Of a stretch of DNA of 64,000 nt, positions 39,092 through 50,881 are shown piece after piece. The first letter of the stretch is position 1. Each line of letters begins with the position of its first letter. Both the position numbers and the translations under genes were made by a program. Under the pieces are notes generated by a model, which saw only the letters and a program-made list of their open reading frames with translations, was not told where the DNA came from and searched no databases. Source of the DNA: a plasmid; the sequence record NZ_CP069608.1. One strand, given 5' to 3'.

Positions 39092-39301
39092 TTATAAATT
39101 TCGAAACACCTTATTATCCTTAGTAAATTTCTTTTTATTATAGTTAAATGTATAATTCCACCACCCTAAGATTCTAAGAATAATTGTCACAACACCTAAG
39201 AAGATTATCCCTGTTCTTGAGAAAGAATAACTATAAAGAATAGTTAAAAGTAATAAAAATAAAATAGTAAGCAATAAAGTAAATATCCAGTATGTCTTCA
39301 C
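39092..39301 (-). CDS. Small membrane protein, hypothetical
   Basis: ORF only. Confidence 0.3.
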   Translation of the reverse strand: MKTYWIFTLLLTILFLLLLTILYSYSFSRTGIIFLGVVTIILRILGWWNYTFNYNKKKFTKDNKVFRNL

Positions 39302-40112
39302 TTCTAAAACCTCCAGATTTCTTGAGAATGATAATGATCTTTCAGCTTGAATTTCACTAGTGAATTACAAATGTATATATTTTTTATTGAATTGAGTTGC
39401 ATACTAATCTTAAGTATTGATTCTTATTTATTGGTTTATTTTTACTTTTATAAAAGAATAACATGATGTTACACTATACTTATTGGTAATTTATAACATA
39501 TGAATGTTTGTGGGTAAAACAATAGATTAACAATCATTTTGAGAATTAAAAATTCAATCTCTTTAAAATTCTTCTAAGAATGATATGATTAATATTTAGT
39601 AAAATAAAAATGATAATTTTTTATTTATTACAAAAAATATAAGTTAGAAACTAAATAAAGAATGCAGCGACAGCGAGGGAGGTAGTATTAAACATAAAGA
39701 TAGAAGAATATATAAATAATAAGACAAAGCTAATACAGTAATATAAATTATACAAGTAAATAAGGTATAAAGGATTTTTTAATTTCTAATTTCTTTATGT
39801 TACAATATAATCGCTTAAGATGGAAGATAGGGATTAATCCCTTATACTCAAAATTTTAGAAAAAAACGTCCTGTTAATAATAAAGCCACTGAAAAAGTGT
39901 TCATTTGTGAAAAAATTAACAAATTTGGTGGTGCTTAAATGTATCCTCAAACAAGAAACGGGCCTTAGAAGCGATTCTAGAGGTCCGTTTTTTTATGACT
40001 ATATTGTTGTTCTGAAAAAAGGGGACTTTTTCAGTGCCCCCGTTAGTAATAGGACGTTTTTTTATTTTATAGATCTTTCTCTGACAACATCCCATATTTT
40101 CTTTTCGCCATT

Positions 40113-41051
40113 TTAATGTTCTTCAATATCACACTTAGTTTCCGGACTATCTATCTGTATAGTAGTATGTTTTATTTTAAATTGTTTCTCTAATATTTCT
40201 TTAGCATTGTTCATAACCATAGAACTACTTTTCAAGTCATTAACTACGATATGGCAGCTGAGAGAAGGGACATCTGATGAAATGGCCCAAATATGGAGAT
40301 CATGTACTTCTAGTGTATTATTTATAGCAACAAGAGCCTCCCGTACCTGAGTGACATCAATGTGAGAGGGAGCTCCCTCCATTAAAATATTAATGGAATC
40401 TCGAGTTACCCTAAAAGCGCTAATAATAATAAGAATAGCCACTAGTACACTCGCTATTGGATCAGCTAAGGTCCATCCGAAAAACATAATTAATAAAGCT
40501 GCAATTATAGCACCGACAGAACCCAGTAAATCCCCAATTACATGAAGAAAAGCACTCCTTACATTAAGATTTTCCGATTTATCACCTTTCATTAGGATAT
40601 AGGCAGCAATAATATTGACGACTAATCCAATAGAAGCAATAATAATCATTCCTGAACTCTGAACTTCAGGTGGCTGTGAAAAGCGTTTATATGATTCCCA
40701 GAATATATACAAAGAAATCACGATTAGGGTAAGACCATTAATAAATGCAGCTAAAACCTCAAACCTTTTATAACCAAAAGTCTTAAATTCAGTCGCTTTT
40801 CGTTCTCCAAAAGTCATCGCTAAATAACTTAACCCCAAAGCTCCAGCATCACTTAACATGTGACCCGCATCGGAAATTAGAGCAAGGCTGTTTGTCATAA
40901 AACCACCAATAGCTTCAATAACCATATATGTGGTGATGATAAAAAAAGAAAGTTTTAACGCCTGTTTATTAGCATTTTTACCATGATTATGCGAATGACC
41001 ATGTGAATGTTTATGATTATGTGAATTCTCTTTTGAATTCATGTACTTCAT
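40113..41051 (-). CDS. Cation diffusion facilitator (CzcD-like), His-rich N-terminus
   Basis: SHNHKHSHGHSHNHG; SLALISDAGHMLSD; HVIGDLLGSVGAI. Confidence 0.85.
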   Translation of the reverse strand: MKYMNSKENSHNHKHSHGHSHNHGKNANKQALKLSFFIITTYMVIEAIGGFMTNSLALISDAGHMLSDAGALGLSYLAMTFGERKATEFKTFGYKRFEVLAAFINGLTLIVISLYIFWESYKRFSQPPEVQSSGMIIIASIGLVVNIIAAYILMKGDKSENLNVRSAFLHVIGDLLGSVGAIIAALLIMFFGWTLADPIASVLVAILIIISAFRVTRDSINILMEGAPSHIDVTQVREALVAINNTLEVHDLHIWAISSDVPSLSCHIVVNDLKSSSMVMNNAKEILEKQFKIKHTTIQIDSPETKCDIEEH

Positions 41052-41437
41052 CTCCTATTTTTTTGTTTCTAATTAATAAATTAGTATTTATATTCTACAA
41101 TTAGCCCATAAATAAACCATAAAACCTTTTGTTAAATTATTAAGTTGCATTTTTTCACATTCCAAAAAGTAAAAAAATCTATCCTCTTTAATTGGTAAGT
41201 AGATAAGATTAACCCCAAAATTGACTTTATCAATTATCTATAATTAGATTCCTTTCTCCTATCCGTGCTTAGATAATAATAAGTGCTTTTGAAGATGTGT
41301 TTGGACATCTTATTTTTTCATATATGAAAACTTTTAGCTTGTTCTATGTATTCGAGATTGTACATTTTATTTAGAACGCATAGAAGATAGAGTGAAGTCT
41401 TTCATACCCTAGTCTTCTTACTTTAATTAATAATGTT

Positions 41438-41503
41438 TAATTTAGATTTAAATAGGTTATTTTATCTAAGAACACTATTTAAATCTAAATTAAACTCGAG
41501 AGG
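41438..41503. repeat. Perfect 20-bp inverted repeat GTTTAATTTAGATTTAAATA ... TATTTAAATCTAAATTAAAC (24-nt loop) immediately upstream of the YjzC-like gene RBS
   Basis: Seen in sequence. Confidence 0.5.
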
Positions 41504-41513
41504 ATGAATAACT

Positions 41514-41810
41514 TTGCATACTACGAAGGATTTACATCAAACAGGAGATAAGGTAATTGAATCTGGTCATTATATCGATAAAGACGGTGAACATGTTGAT
41601 TTTAAACAAGGAGAAGTATTTCCGAATTGTCCAAAGACAGACCAGCCTACTACATGGAGGCATGCAGATCATGAACATCAAACAGGGGATAAAGTAACCG
41701 AAACGGGTCATTATGTTGATAAAGACGGTGAACATGTTGATTTTAAACAAGGAGAAGTATTTCCGAATTGTCCAAAAACAAATCAGCCTACTACATGGAG
41801 ACACGCTTGA
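41514..41810 (+). CDS. Tandem-duplicated YjzC-like small protein (2 x ~49 aa repeat)
   Basis: HQTGDKV.E.GHY.DKDGEHVDFKQGEVFPNCPKT.QPTTWRHA occurs twice; resembles the YjzC family (pGDKap..G.Y.e...g......v.l..Gd.FP......W); TTG start. Confidence 0.55.
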   Translation: MHTTKDLHQTGDKVIESGHYIDKDGEHVDFKQGEVFPNCPKTDQPTTWRHADHEHQTGDKVTETGHYVDKDGEHVDFKQGEVFPNCPKTNQPTTWRHA

Positions 41811-41847
41811 TAAATAAAGTGCTTATTAATTATGACTCCAAAAAACA

Positions 41848-41890
41848 ACCTCCTCGATTCTGATGTCTTGAGAGGTTGTTTCTATGTCTT
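41848..41890 (+). terminator. Hairpin AACAACCTC...GAGAGGTTGTT + T-rich
   Basis: Seen in sequence. Confidence 0.5.
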
Positions 41891-41983
41891 TTCATATTTA
41901 ATCGTAGGGAACATAAATTATACAACTTGACTTACCTAAACTTATTTTAATTATTTAGTAAAATTCAAACTATAAATTTATAT

Positions 41984-42373
41984 TTACCTTCTGAAAACTC
42001 CATCAAATAAACCCAATTTCCGATCTACTATGATAGATAAAATGGCAACGCCAAAAAGTATAAATGTGTCGCGTAACACATGAAGAAAGCTCATATCTTT
42101 TTTTACATAATATCTAGCTTCACTAGCTGAATAATGAGTTGGTAAAAAACTATTTTGTATTTGATTAGAATTGTCTTTCAACTGGTTCTGCGTAGACAAT
42201 TGCTGATTGTATAATATTCTCCCTTGATCTGCATTGCTTAAGTAATTATTTCTATAGAAGGGTATATTACCATATAATAAACTAACTACTAATGGGACAA
42301 AAAGAAACAAAATGACGAGAATCTTTATTATTATATTTATATTAGTTTTCCTTCTTCTTCTCAATATAGACAC
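41984..42373 (-). CDS. Hypothetical membrane protein
   Basis: ORF; two hydrophobic segments. Confidence 0.4.
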   Translation of the reverse strand: MSILRRRRKTNINIIIKILVILFLFVPLVVSLLYGNIPFYRNNYLSNADQGRILYNQQLSTQNQLKDNSNQIQNSFLPTHYSASEARYYVKKDMSFLHVLRDTFILFGVAILSIIVDRKLGLFDGVFRR

Positions 42374-42657
42374 CCCCTTTTTAAGTCATCTTTCTCAAAG
42401 AGTACTATGTACATTACCTGAATTTTAGTACTCAATACAAAAAAGGTAGGTAATCTTATTATAGAATCAACATTCAGAGAAAAATATATAAAATTATCTT
42501 ATCTTTACATCCCCTTATTAATTTCGTTTTTGATTATAATTACTACCTTGTTAAGACACAAAGTTGTAGATAATGAAGGAATATCACTCGTAAGAGGGAT
42601 GCTATAATGAATTGGCTATAGTGTAAAATATCTATAAAAAATGGAAGGTGATATTAA

Positions 42658-43215
42658 ATGAAAAAAAGTTTATTTTCTTTTCTCCTATTGTTTCTACTCG
42701 TGCCTACAATAGCTTCAGCCCATACAGGATTAGCTTCGTCTACTCCTAGCAAGGGAGAAGTAGTGAAAAAGAACTTATTTGAAGTCAATACAGTTTTTGA
42801 AACAAAAATAGAAAGCTTAAGCACAATGAAATTGATGAAGGATAATAAGGAAGTACCGTTTGATCGGCTAAAAGTAATGGAATCACAAATGATTGGAGAG
42901 TTTTCTACTCCTCTGGAAAATGGTTCTTATCAGTTAGAGTGGAAAATTGTTGGTAAGGATGGGCATCCCATAACGGGAGTTATCCCATTTTCAGTGGATC
43001 AAGCTAAGAAAAAAGAAGTGAACGAAGATTCTTTAACCGAACGGAAAGCTGGTACAAAGGAAGAAAACAACAAACTTGAAAAACAATCGATTAATCAGCA
43101 AAGTAAGAGTGAGGAAACAAAAAATAACTCTTCTTTTCCCATAACAATTGTGATTATATTAGGCTTGATTATAATTGTAGTATTCTTTGTATCCTTAAAA
43201 AAGAAAAATAAATAA
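42658..43215 (+). CDS. copC: CopC-domain copper-binding protein with C-terminal membrane anchor
   Basis: Signal peptide; mature N-terminal H (ASAHTGLASSTPSKGEVV) typical of CopC; C-terminal TM. Confidence 0.7.
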   Translation: MKKSLFSFLLLFLLVPTIASAHTGLASSTPSKGEVVKKNLFEVNTVFETKIESLSTMKLMKDNKEVPFDRLKVMESQMIGEFSTPLENGSYQLEWKIVGKDGHPITGVIPFSVDQAKKKEVNEDSLTERKAGTKEENNKLEKQSINQQSKSEETKNNSSFPITIVIILGLIIIVVFFVSLKKKNK

Positions 43216-44282
43216 TGAATATTCTTACGCCTATTTCGGAGATTTTAAATTACATTCTTTTTTCTTTTCTAGTTGGACACGTAGCATTACAATTTGTTTC
43301 AGATTCAAAAAAACCAAAAGTTTCTGTTCCTAAACAGCTTTTACTTCTATCTACTCTTGGAATTATTGTCTGTTCATTAATTCCTGTGTTAAAAGTTATT
43401 TTTTACTTTTCAAATAATATGGGATTTAGATTAACTACTTTATCTGTTCTTACCAATTTTCAGATAGGAAAAGCTTGGGTCTTTACTTGCATTATAGGAA
43501 TTTTGTTATGGTTAACTCTTTACTTTAAAGGATCTAAATACCTTCAATCTTTTTGGCTATTATTAATGATTGGTGCTGTTGGTTATGCAAGCCATGTTTC
43601 TTCTTTATCTTTCTGGACAGGCTTTTTATCACATTCTATTCATTTCTTAATGGTTTCACTTTGGAGTGGAATAATTCTTCATGTTGGTTGGTTTTCAAAA
43701 GGAGAGAAGAATTGGTCAACGTTCTTACAGTGGTTTACCCCACTAGCTATTGGTTGCCTAACTTTAGTTATTGGTAGTGGTTTAATACTGATGTTTAAAA
43801 TTATAGAGCCTAAAGAATATTTTATGGTGTGGGCAATACCTTATGGCCAAATGTTATTGCTCAAACATATTAGCCTTATACCTGTATTAGCATTTGCTTT
43901 GATTAATGGAATTCTTACAAAAAAAATATCATCTTCTCCATCTTTTAATCCAAAATCATGGGTACAGGTGGAAAGTATTGTTTTACTCTTTGTATTTGCA
44001 TTTACAGGAGTCTTAGGTACTTTATCGCCCCCTGATAATATAAATTTTATGGTAATACCAAAATGGATAGAACGAATACTTGGTCAAGACATAGGTGTTC
44101 CCTTACACCCTGAAATTAATTTATCATTTGAAGGGATCATTTTATTTGCTATATCATTAATTTTTATAGCAATGATTATTATGAGCTTTTTTAAAAAATC
44201 TTCACCATTTTCTAGCCTGCTTTTTACTATATGTTTTATAGTATCCCTATATTTAGCCTTAATGATGAATATAACATTGTAA
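43215..44282 (+). CDS. copD: CopD-family copper resistance membrane protein
   Basis: Eight TM segments; GYASHVSSLSFWTGFLSHSIHFLMVSLWSGI; start overlaps the copC stop. Confidence 0.75.
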   Translation: MNILTPISEILNYILFSFLVGHVALQFVSDSKKPKVSVPKQLLLLSTLGIIVCSLIPVLKVIFYFSNNMGFRLTTLSVLTNFQIGKAWVFTCIIGILLWLTLYFKGSKYLQSFWLLLMIGAVGYASHVSSLSFWTGFLSHSIHFLMVSLWSGIILHVGWFSKGEKNWSTFLQWFTPLAIGCLTLVIGSGLILMFKIIEPKEYFMVWAIPYGQMLLLKHISLIPVLAFALINGILTKKISSSPSFNPKSWVQVESIVLLFVFAFTGVLGTLSPPDNINFMVIPKWIERILGQDIGVPLHPEINLSFEGIILFAISLIFIAMIIMSFFKKSSPFSSLLFTICFIVSLYLALMMNITL

Positions 44283-44341
44283 AAGACAAAGTAGGCACTA
44301 TTTAAACATGTTTAACTTAAAGCTAAACAACTGCTTTTAAC

Positions 44342-44372
44342 ACCGTTCAACAACCGAACGGTGTTTTTTAGC
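44342..44372 (+). terminator. Perfect hairpin CACCGTTC-aacaacc-GAACGGTG + TTTTTT
   Basis: Seen in sequence. Confidence 0.65.
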
Positions 44373-44724
44373 ATAAGGGGAACCATTTATTTATATAACA
44401 ATAGGTTTCGTAGTGGTTATCATAGCACTTGGTGAACTCATACGAATAGCGTAAACTGGTCTTCTTAACTCATATCCATCTCATTGGCATCTTATAAACT
44501 TTAGAATATCACTGCTTATAAAATCGTAAACTATCTCCTTTTTATTAATTCTTTTAAACCTTTAAATTTATGCTGTGATTTAAGTACATCTCCTTTTACG
44601 AGACTTATATCAACATTATTTTTACATATACTTAACCTCTTCTTTAATTAAAATTAATACATGAAATTTAAGCTTAGGTTAGATTAATAGTTTCACAATA
44701 AATTTAAAGAATGAGGGTAAAAAA

Positions 44725-45981
44725 ATGAAAAAACGCTTAATAGGAACTGCTGTTTTATCCGTTGCAACGATTGCTGTGTTAACGTTAAGTACGACTACTC
44801 ACTCAAATGTAAAGGCTGCTACTGCAATGAACAATGGGAAAGCGAAAAATGTCATTCTATTTGTTGGAGATGGCATGGGAACGGATCATCGTAATGCTAT
44901 TCGTCTTGCGACCGTTGGAACAAATGGTAAGCTTGCTATGGACGATATGCCAGCTGCAGGTAGGGTTCATACGTCTTCAGGAAGTTCTTTTGTAACAGAC
45001 TCAGCTGCAGCAGCTACAGCAATGGCTTCAGGTGTAAAGAGCTATAATGGAGCTATTGGTGTCAACATGAAAGGGAAGCCAGTTCAAACGGTTCTTGAGA
45101 AGGCAAAGTTGTCCGGAAAAGCAACAGGATTAGTTACAACAAGCCAAGTGACGGATGCCACTCCTGCTGCTTTTGGCGCCCATGTTTCAAATCGAAACGC
45201 TCAAAGTGATATAGCTAAACAATACCTTGAAGGTAGCAAGATAGATTTTATTCTGGGTGGTGGGGAGGATTATTGGTATCCAAAAGGAAATCCAGGTTCT
45301 TACCCAGATGCACCTCCAGAAGATAAAAAAGAGGGCAGCAAAGGAACAGAAGGTAATTTAGTCACCAAAGCTCAGAAGTTGGGTTATACGTATGTTGATA
45401 ATGCTAATCAATTAAAATATGCAAAAGGTCAAAAAGTTCTAGGGTTATTTGCCAATGAAGAAATGTTCCAACAAGCTCCTGAAGGTGAAGGGGATGTATA
45501 CAATCCTTCTGTTTCTTTACCAGACATGACAAAAAAAGCAATAGATACGTTATCTCAAAATAAAAAAGGGTTCTTTCTTGTAGTAGAAGAAGAGGGTATT
45601 GATGAAATGGCTCACAATAACAATGCTTCACTTATGATAAAAGCTGGACAACAGTTAGATAATACCGTAAAAATGGCCAAAAAATATGCAAAGACCCACC
45701 CAGATACATTAGTTCTTGTTGCAGCTGATCATGCAACTGGTGGACTTTCACTCGAAACGACAGATAAGGGCGATGAATCTGGTGAAGGTGTCTCCAAAGA
45801 GGATGGCCCTTTCAACATTGCTAGTTCTAAAGAACAATTTATGGTAGATTGGACTACTGGCGGACATACTTCTTCAGATATATCACTTAATGCTACGGGA
45901 GCACGGTCTGAACTTTTCACAGGTGTTTATGAAAACACTTATATTCACAACGCCCTTGTTAAAGCAATGAATCTTAAATAA
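44725..45981 (+). CDS. Alkaline phosphatase (PhoA family)
   Basis: Signal peptide; active-site DSAAAATAMASGVK motif; metal-ligand regions. Confidence 0.85.
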   Translation: MKKRLIGTAVLSVATIAVLTLSTTTHSNVKAATAMNNGKAKNVILFVGDGMGTDHRNAIRLATVGTNGKLAMDDMPAAGRVHTSSGSSFVTDSAAAATAMASGVKSYNGAIGVNMKGKPVQTVLEKAKLSGKATGLVTTSQVTDATPAAFGAHVSNRNAQSDIAKQYLEGSKIDFILGGGEDYWYPKGNPGSYPDAPPEDKKEGSKGTEGNLVTKAQKLGYTYVDNANQLKYAKGQKVLGLFANEEMFQQAPEGEGDVYNPSVSLPDMTKKAIDTLSQNKKGFFLVVEEEGIDEMAHNNNASLMIKAGQQLDNTVKMAKKYAKTHPDTLVLVAADHATGGLSLETTDKGDESGEGVSKEDGPFNIASSKEQFMVDWTTGGHTSSDISLNATGARSELFTGVYENTYIHNALVKAMNLK

Positions 45982-46014
45982 TGAAAAATTCAGGCTGAAA
46001 TTATAATCTATTGT

Positions 46015-46048
46015 AAAAAACACCCTTCATTTTGAAGGGTGTTTTTTT
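46015..46048. terminator. Bidirectional terminator CACCCTTC-attttg-GAAGGGTG + T7
   Basis: Seen in sequence between convergent genes. Confidence 0.65.
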
Positions 46049-46049
46049 A

Positions 46050-46907
46050 TTAACTGCGACTTGGAAACTGTATAGGCTCCATCGAGTCATCAATTTCTAT
46101 CGACTGATATCCGGTTTCCTTGATATATTTTAAAATTTGAGGTAATGACTGAGCAGTAAATGATTTATCATGAAATAAAATAACTGGTGTACGATTGTTT
46201 TGATAAACAGTTTGAATATGTGGCTTTATTGAGTTAATTATCTTAGGTGCAGAACGTAAAGCCCAGTCTTCACTATCAATATTCCAGTCCCATAGTTGAA
46301 AATTGCTAAGTAATTCTGTGCGATGCGGTTCTTTTAGATAAGGAGCACTACCATACGGTACCCGAATTAACTTACTATCTATACCTGTTACTTTTTTGAC
46401 AGTTGCTAGACACTGTTGCATTTCTTGTAAAGCAGTTCCATCTTTACTGTAAATGATATTGATATCATGTGAGACACCGTGACATCCAATTGCATGACCT
46501 TCTTCAGCTACTTTTTTAGCAATATCAGGATAAGATTCCATTTGATTTTTCAACATAAAGAAAGTAACTTTTACATCATACTTACGCAGTATCTCTAAAA
46601 TTTTTAATGTGTCAGGAGTGGGTCCATCATCAAATGTAAGATAAATAGGTTGGGTAATTTGCTGATTTTGGTTACTAACTGTGTTTGACAAATACATGTT
46701 CTGATCTAATATTTTTATTTGTTTTTTAGAATGATTAAAATCACTTATTGATTTTAATGGTAATGGACTAGCGTTTAGTAATATTTGCTGACTGGTTGCT
46801 TGCTTATTCCCTCTTACTTCCACAATAACAAAAAAAGAAGCAATAATTACTAACATAAGAATTATCATTACATAAAATTTTCTTTTAAGTTTAATTTCCT
46901 TCTTCAC
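46050..46907 (-). CDS. Polysaccharide deacetylase (NodB domain) with N-terminal TM
   Basis: YLTFDDGP ... HAIGCHGVSHD motifs. Confidence 0.75.
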   Translation of the reverse strand: MKKEIKLKRKFYVMIILMLVIIASFFVIVEVRGNKQATSQQILLNASPLPLKSISDFNHSKKQIKILDQNMYLSNTVSNQNQQITQPIYLTFDDGPTPDTLKILEILRKYDVKVTFFMLKNQMESYPDIAKKVAEEGHAIGCHGVSHDINIIYSKDGTALQEMQQCLATVKKVTGIDSKLIRVPYGSAPYLKEPHRTELLSNFQLWDWNIDSEDWALRSAPKIINSIKPHIQTVYQNNRTPVILFHDKSFTAQSLPQILKYIKETGYQSIEIDDSMEPIQFPSRS

Positions 46908-47281
46908 ATATAAAAACCCTTTCTATGAATTTACTATATATAAATATATTATAAAATATGGAAAAATTATAGAGTAAAAATCATTAAATTGGCCATTACA
47001 TAATAATAAAAATTCACATAGTCATATTTTCTATAAATGCAAAAAAATCTTCAAAAATGCTTTTAATCATGTAAATATGAAGAAATTACATGATATTTGT
47101 TACTGATTTATGAAATTATTAAGTCTATTTTTCGAATATTGATTAAATGAGGAAAAAAATTTTGTGTTACAAGCCCCTGACTTTTACGACTTTTGATAGT
47201 ATATGTACGTAAATATTAAATCTGTTTTGCCAATAGTAATTTGTTTTATGATTGGTAGTTTAGAAAGGAAGGTGAACAAAT

Positions 47282-48265
47282 ATGTTCAAAAGATTAACAT
47301 TACATAATCTATTCAAACCGTTGTTAACCCTTATTTTAGGAGTAGGTTTATTGGTTTTAAGTGGTTGTAGTAACCTGGTCATCTTAGACCCTAAAGGACC
47401 AGTGGCTAAGATTCAAAGTGATCTTATTATGCTATCAATTCTCTGGATGTTATTAATTATTATCGTTGTTTACGTCTTATTTACCTGGGTTGTTATTAAA
47501 TATCGTAATCGTCCTGGATTTAAAGATAAAGACTATCAACCTAACATGCATGGTAACACAAAGTTGGAGATTATATGGACCATAATTCCAATTATAATTG
47601 TTAGCGCTTTATCGATTCCGACAGTACAAGCATTGTATGAACTGGAAAAACCACCAAAGTCAACACGTGATAAAGACCCAATCGTTATTTACGCTACTTC
47701 AGTTGACTGGAAATGGATATTTAGTTATCCAGAAGAAAATATTGAAACTGTAAATTATTTAAATATCCCAGAAGATCATCCAATTCTTTTCAAAATTACT
47801 TCCGCGGATTCTATGTCTTCCTTGTGGATTCCACAACTCGGTGGTCAAAAGTATGGAATGGCTGGGATGGAAAATAAGTTGTATCTTCAAGCTGATGAAC
47901 CTGGACTCTACAAGGGTAGAAACTCCAACTTTACAGGGGAAGGTTTTGCAAATCAAACCTTTACTGTTTTAGCCCAAAAAGAAAAAGATTATAAGAATTG
48001 GGTAAAAGACACTCAACAAAATGCACCGAAATTAACTGAAAAACAGTATGAGAAATTAATGATGCCTGAAGTAGCTAAGAAGATGACTTTTTCATCTACT
48101 CACTTAAATATCGTAGACCATGCAACATCTTCGGAATATGCATTAAGAGTTCGTGAAAAATATGATGTTTCAGTTAATCCTGAAAAAAAACAAAATACAA
48201 ATGATGATAGCCAAGTAGAAGGCGAATCAAGCTCTAGTTCCCAGCATGGATCGCACTCTAACTAA
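47282..48265 (+). CDS. qoxA: Cytochrome aa3 quinol oxidase subunit II
   Basis: Lipoprotein signal (LSGCS); two TM; size and order as B. subtilis QoxA; lacks the CuA Cys pair, consistent with a quinol oxidase. Confidence 0.85.
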   Translation: MFKRLTLHNLFKPLLTLILGVGLLVLSGCSNLVILDPKGPVAKIQSDLIMLSILWMLLIIIVVYVLFTWVVIKYRNRPGFKDKDYQPNMHGNTKLEIIWTIIPIIIVSALSIPTVQALYELEKPPKSTRDKDPIVIYATSVDWKWIFSYPEENIETVNYLNIPEDHPILFKITSADSMSSLWIPQLGGQKYGMAGMENKLYLQADEPGLYKGRNSNFTGEGFANQTFTVLAQKEKDYKNWVKDTQQNAPKLTEKQYEKLMMPEVAKKMTFSSTHLNIVDHATSSEYALRVREKYDVSVNPEKKQNTNDDSQVEGESSSSSQHGSHSN

Positions 48266-48282
48266 GAAAGGAGGAACCCAAG

Positions 48283-50238
48283 ATGATTGATTTTATTAAG
48301 AATAATTTAATTCTGAATAATCCGATGATTATTGGAGCTAATATATCAATTTTACTCACTGTTATCGGAATTCTATTTGTTTTAACGTACTTTAAAAAAT
48401 GGAAATGGCTATGGACGGAATGGCTCACAACAGTTGATCATAAAAGATTAGGGATTCTGTACATTATTTCAGCTATTCTAATGCTGTTCCGTGGCGGTGT
48501 AGATGCATTATTAATGAGAGCCCAACTAACATTACCTAATTCTAAGGTTCTAACTTCTGAACATTATAATGAAATTTTCACCACACATGGTACCATTATG
48601 ATTATTTTTATGGCTATGCCATTTTTAATTGGAATAATGAATGTAGTGGTTCCATTGCAAATCGGTGCTAGAGATGTAGCTTATCCATATCTCAACGCGT
48701 TAAGCTTCTGGACATTTTTCTTTGGAGCAATGTTATTTAACATTTCTTTTGTATTTGGCGGATCACCAGACGCTGGATGGACAAACTATGCACCTTTAGC
48801 AAATGAGGGAAGTCCTGGACCAGGTACAAATTATTATTTAATTGGTCTTCAGCTTTCTGGAATCGGCACTTTATTAACAGGAATTAACTTTATTGTTACT
48901 ATTTTAAAAATGCGGGCGCCTGGTATGACATTATTTCGTATGCCTATGTTCACATGGACATCGTTAATTACAGCGTTTATTATCGTATTCGCATTTCCTG
49001 TATTAACTGTCACATTAGCATTAATGACATTTGACCGATTATTTGGAACCCATTTCTTTACTTTAATGGACGGTGGGATGCCAATGCTTTGGGCCAACCT
49101 CTTTTGGATTTGGGGACATCCTGAGGTATATATTGTAATTCTTCCGGCGTTTGGTATCTTCTCTGAAGTTATCTCGACCTTTGCCAAAAAAACATTGTTT
49201 GGTTATAAAGCAATGATTATTTCCATTGTTTCTATTTCTGCCCTAAGTTTCCTTGTTTGGGTTCACCATTTCTTTACAATGGGCGCTAGTGCAGGAGTTA
49301 ACTCTATTTTTTCAATCTCAACGATGGCCATCGCCATTCCAACTGGAATTAAAATCTTTAACTGGTTGGTCACTCTTTATAAGGGAAAGATTGAATTTAC
49401 TACGGCCATGCTTTGGTCACTTGCGTTCATTCCAATTTTTGTGATAGGTGGAGTAACGGGTGTTATGCTGGGAATGGCAGCAGCTGACTACCAATACCAT
49501 AATACGTACTTCCTTGTTGCTCACTTCCATTACACATTAATAGCTGGAACTGTGTTTGCCTGTTTCTCAGGTCTGATTTTCTGGTATCCAAAAATGTTTG
49601 GACATAAATTAAATGAACGAATTGGTAAATGGAGTTTTTGGTTCTTTGCAATTGGCTTTAATATCTGTTTCTTACCTCAGTTCTTCTTAGGGTTTGCAGG
49701 TATGCCAAGGCGTGTTTATACGTATGGTGCAGAAGAGGGATGGACTGGATTAAATGTTCTTTCCACGATTGGCGCTGTAGGTATGGCAATTGGTTTTGCG
49801 ATTCTTGTTTATAATATTTACTACAGCTTCCGTTATGCTAAAAGAGAAACTAGTGGAGATGCGTGGAATGGACGTACTCTTGAATGGGCAACAACCACTG
49901 CTGTTGCACCGCATTATAACTTTGCCCAGATCCCTGTAGTTAAAGGGTTAGATGCTTTTTGGCTCATGAAAGAAGAGCAAAAGAAAGGTAAGAAGCAAAA
50001 GGTTGAGTATAAGAAAATTCATATGCCTAGTAATTCGGGGCGACCATTTATTATGTCATCATTCTTCTTTGTTTCTGGGTTTGGGCTAGTCTTTGAACTA
50101 TGGTGGATGGCAATATTAGGAGTTATTGGTGTATTTGCATGTATGATAATTCGTTCAATCCGTTCAAATGAAGAGGACAAAGGCTATTATGTCAGTGTAG
50201 AAGAAATTAAAAATACGGAACAGAAGGTTTCATTATGA
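48283..50238 (+). CDS. qoxB: Cytochrome aa3 quinol oxidase subunit I
   Basis: Haem-copper oxidase subunit I motifs (WFFGHPEVY-like [18 protein letters not shown]). Confidence 0.9.
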   Translation: MIDFIKNNLILNNPMIIGANISILLTVIGILFVLTYFKKWKWLWTEWLTTVDHKRLGILYIISAILMLFRGGVDALLMRAQLTLPNSKVLTSEHYNEIFTTHGTIMIIFMAMPFLIGIMNVVVPLQIGARDVAYPYLNALSFWTFFFGAMLFNISFVFGGSPDAGWTNYAPLANEGSPGPGTNYYLIGLQLSGIGTLLTGINFIVTILKMRAPGMTLFRMPMFTWTSLITAFIIVFAFPVLTVTLALMTFDRLFGTHFFTLMDGGMPMLWANLFWIWGHPEVYIVILPAFGIFSEVISTFAKKTLFGYKAMIISIVSISALSFLVWVHHFFTMGASAGVNSIFSISTMAIAIPTGIKIFNWLVTLYKGKIEFTTAMLWSLAFIPIFVIGGVTGVMLGMAAADYQYHNTYFLVAHFHYTLIAGTVFACFSGLIFWYPKMFGHKLNERIGKWSFWFFAIGFNICFLPQFFLGFAGMPRRVYTYGAEEGWTGLNVLSTIGAVGMAIGFAILVYNIYYSFRYAKRETSGDAWNGRTLEWATTTAVAPHYNFAQIPVVKGLDAFWLMKEEQKKGKKQKVEYKKIHMPSNSGRPFIMSSFFFVSGFGLVFELWWMAILGVIGVFACMIIRSIRSNEEDKGYYVSVEEIKNTEQKVSL

Positions 50239-50251
50239 GGAGGCGTAAAAT

Positions 50252-50881
50252 ATGGCACATGGACATGATGATCATTATATGAGTGCTGACACGCCCTTAG
50301 AATATCAGTCTGAAACAGGTAGATTAAATATATTTGGATTCTGGATTTTCTTGGGGGCGGAAGTTGCTTTATTTGCCACCTTATTTGCAACTTATTTTAC
50401 TCTTAGTGGTAGCACAGCAGGTGGACCATTGCCTGGAGAGTTATTTGAATTAAAAGGCGTATTGATTATGACGTTCCTATTGCTAACAAGTAGTTTTACT
50501 TGTGGCTTAGCAATCCATGCAATGAGAAGAAACAATCTTACATCTATGATAGTATGGATGATTATTACATTACTGTTCGGTTTAGGTTTTATATATATGG
50601 AGATCAGTGAGTTCATTTTATATGTGGAAGAAGGAGCTTCAATTGGGACAAATGCATTTTGGTCTGCGTTCTTTTTAATAACCGCAACACACGGTCTTCA
50701 CGTCACAATTGGTATCGGTTGGATGATCTTAATTCTTATTGAGTCAATTAAATCAGGTTTAACACCTAATACTGCTAAAAAGGTATTTATATCTAGTTTA
50801 TACTGGCACTTTTTAGACTTTGTATGGATTTTTATCTTCACGGGTGTTTATTTATTAGGGATGGTGGCATATAATGGCTAG
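50252..50881 (+). CDS. qoxC: Cytochrome aa3 quinol oxidase subunit III
   Basis: Five TM; size and position. Confidence 0.85.
   Translation: MAHGHDDHYMSADTPLEYQSETGRLNIFGFWIFLGAEVALFATLFATYFTLSGSTAGGPLPGELFELKGVLIMTFLLLTSSFTCGLAIHAMRRNNLTSMIVWMIITLLFGLGFIYMEISEFILYVEEGASIGTNAFWSAFFLITATHGLHVTIGIGWMILILIESIKSGLTPNTAKKVFISSLYWHFLDFVWIFIFTGVYLLGMVAYNG

Noticed and set aside
39907-40116. 69-aa + strand ORF
   Set aside because: Covers a terminator-like hairpin + T-tract region downstream of the CDF gene; no RBS.
41532-41804. 90-aa minus-strand ORF
   Set aside because: Antisense mirror of the tandem YjzC-like repeats.
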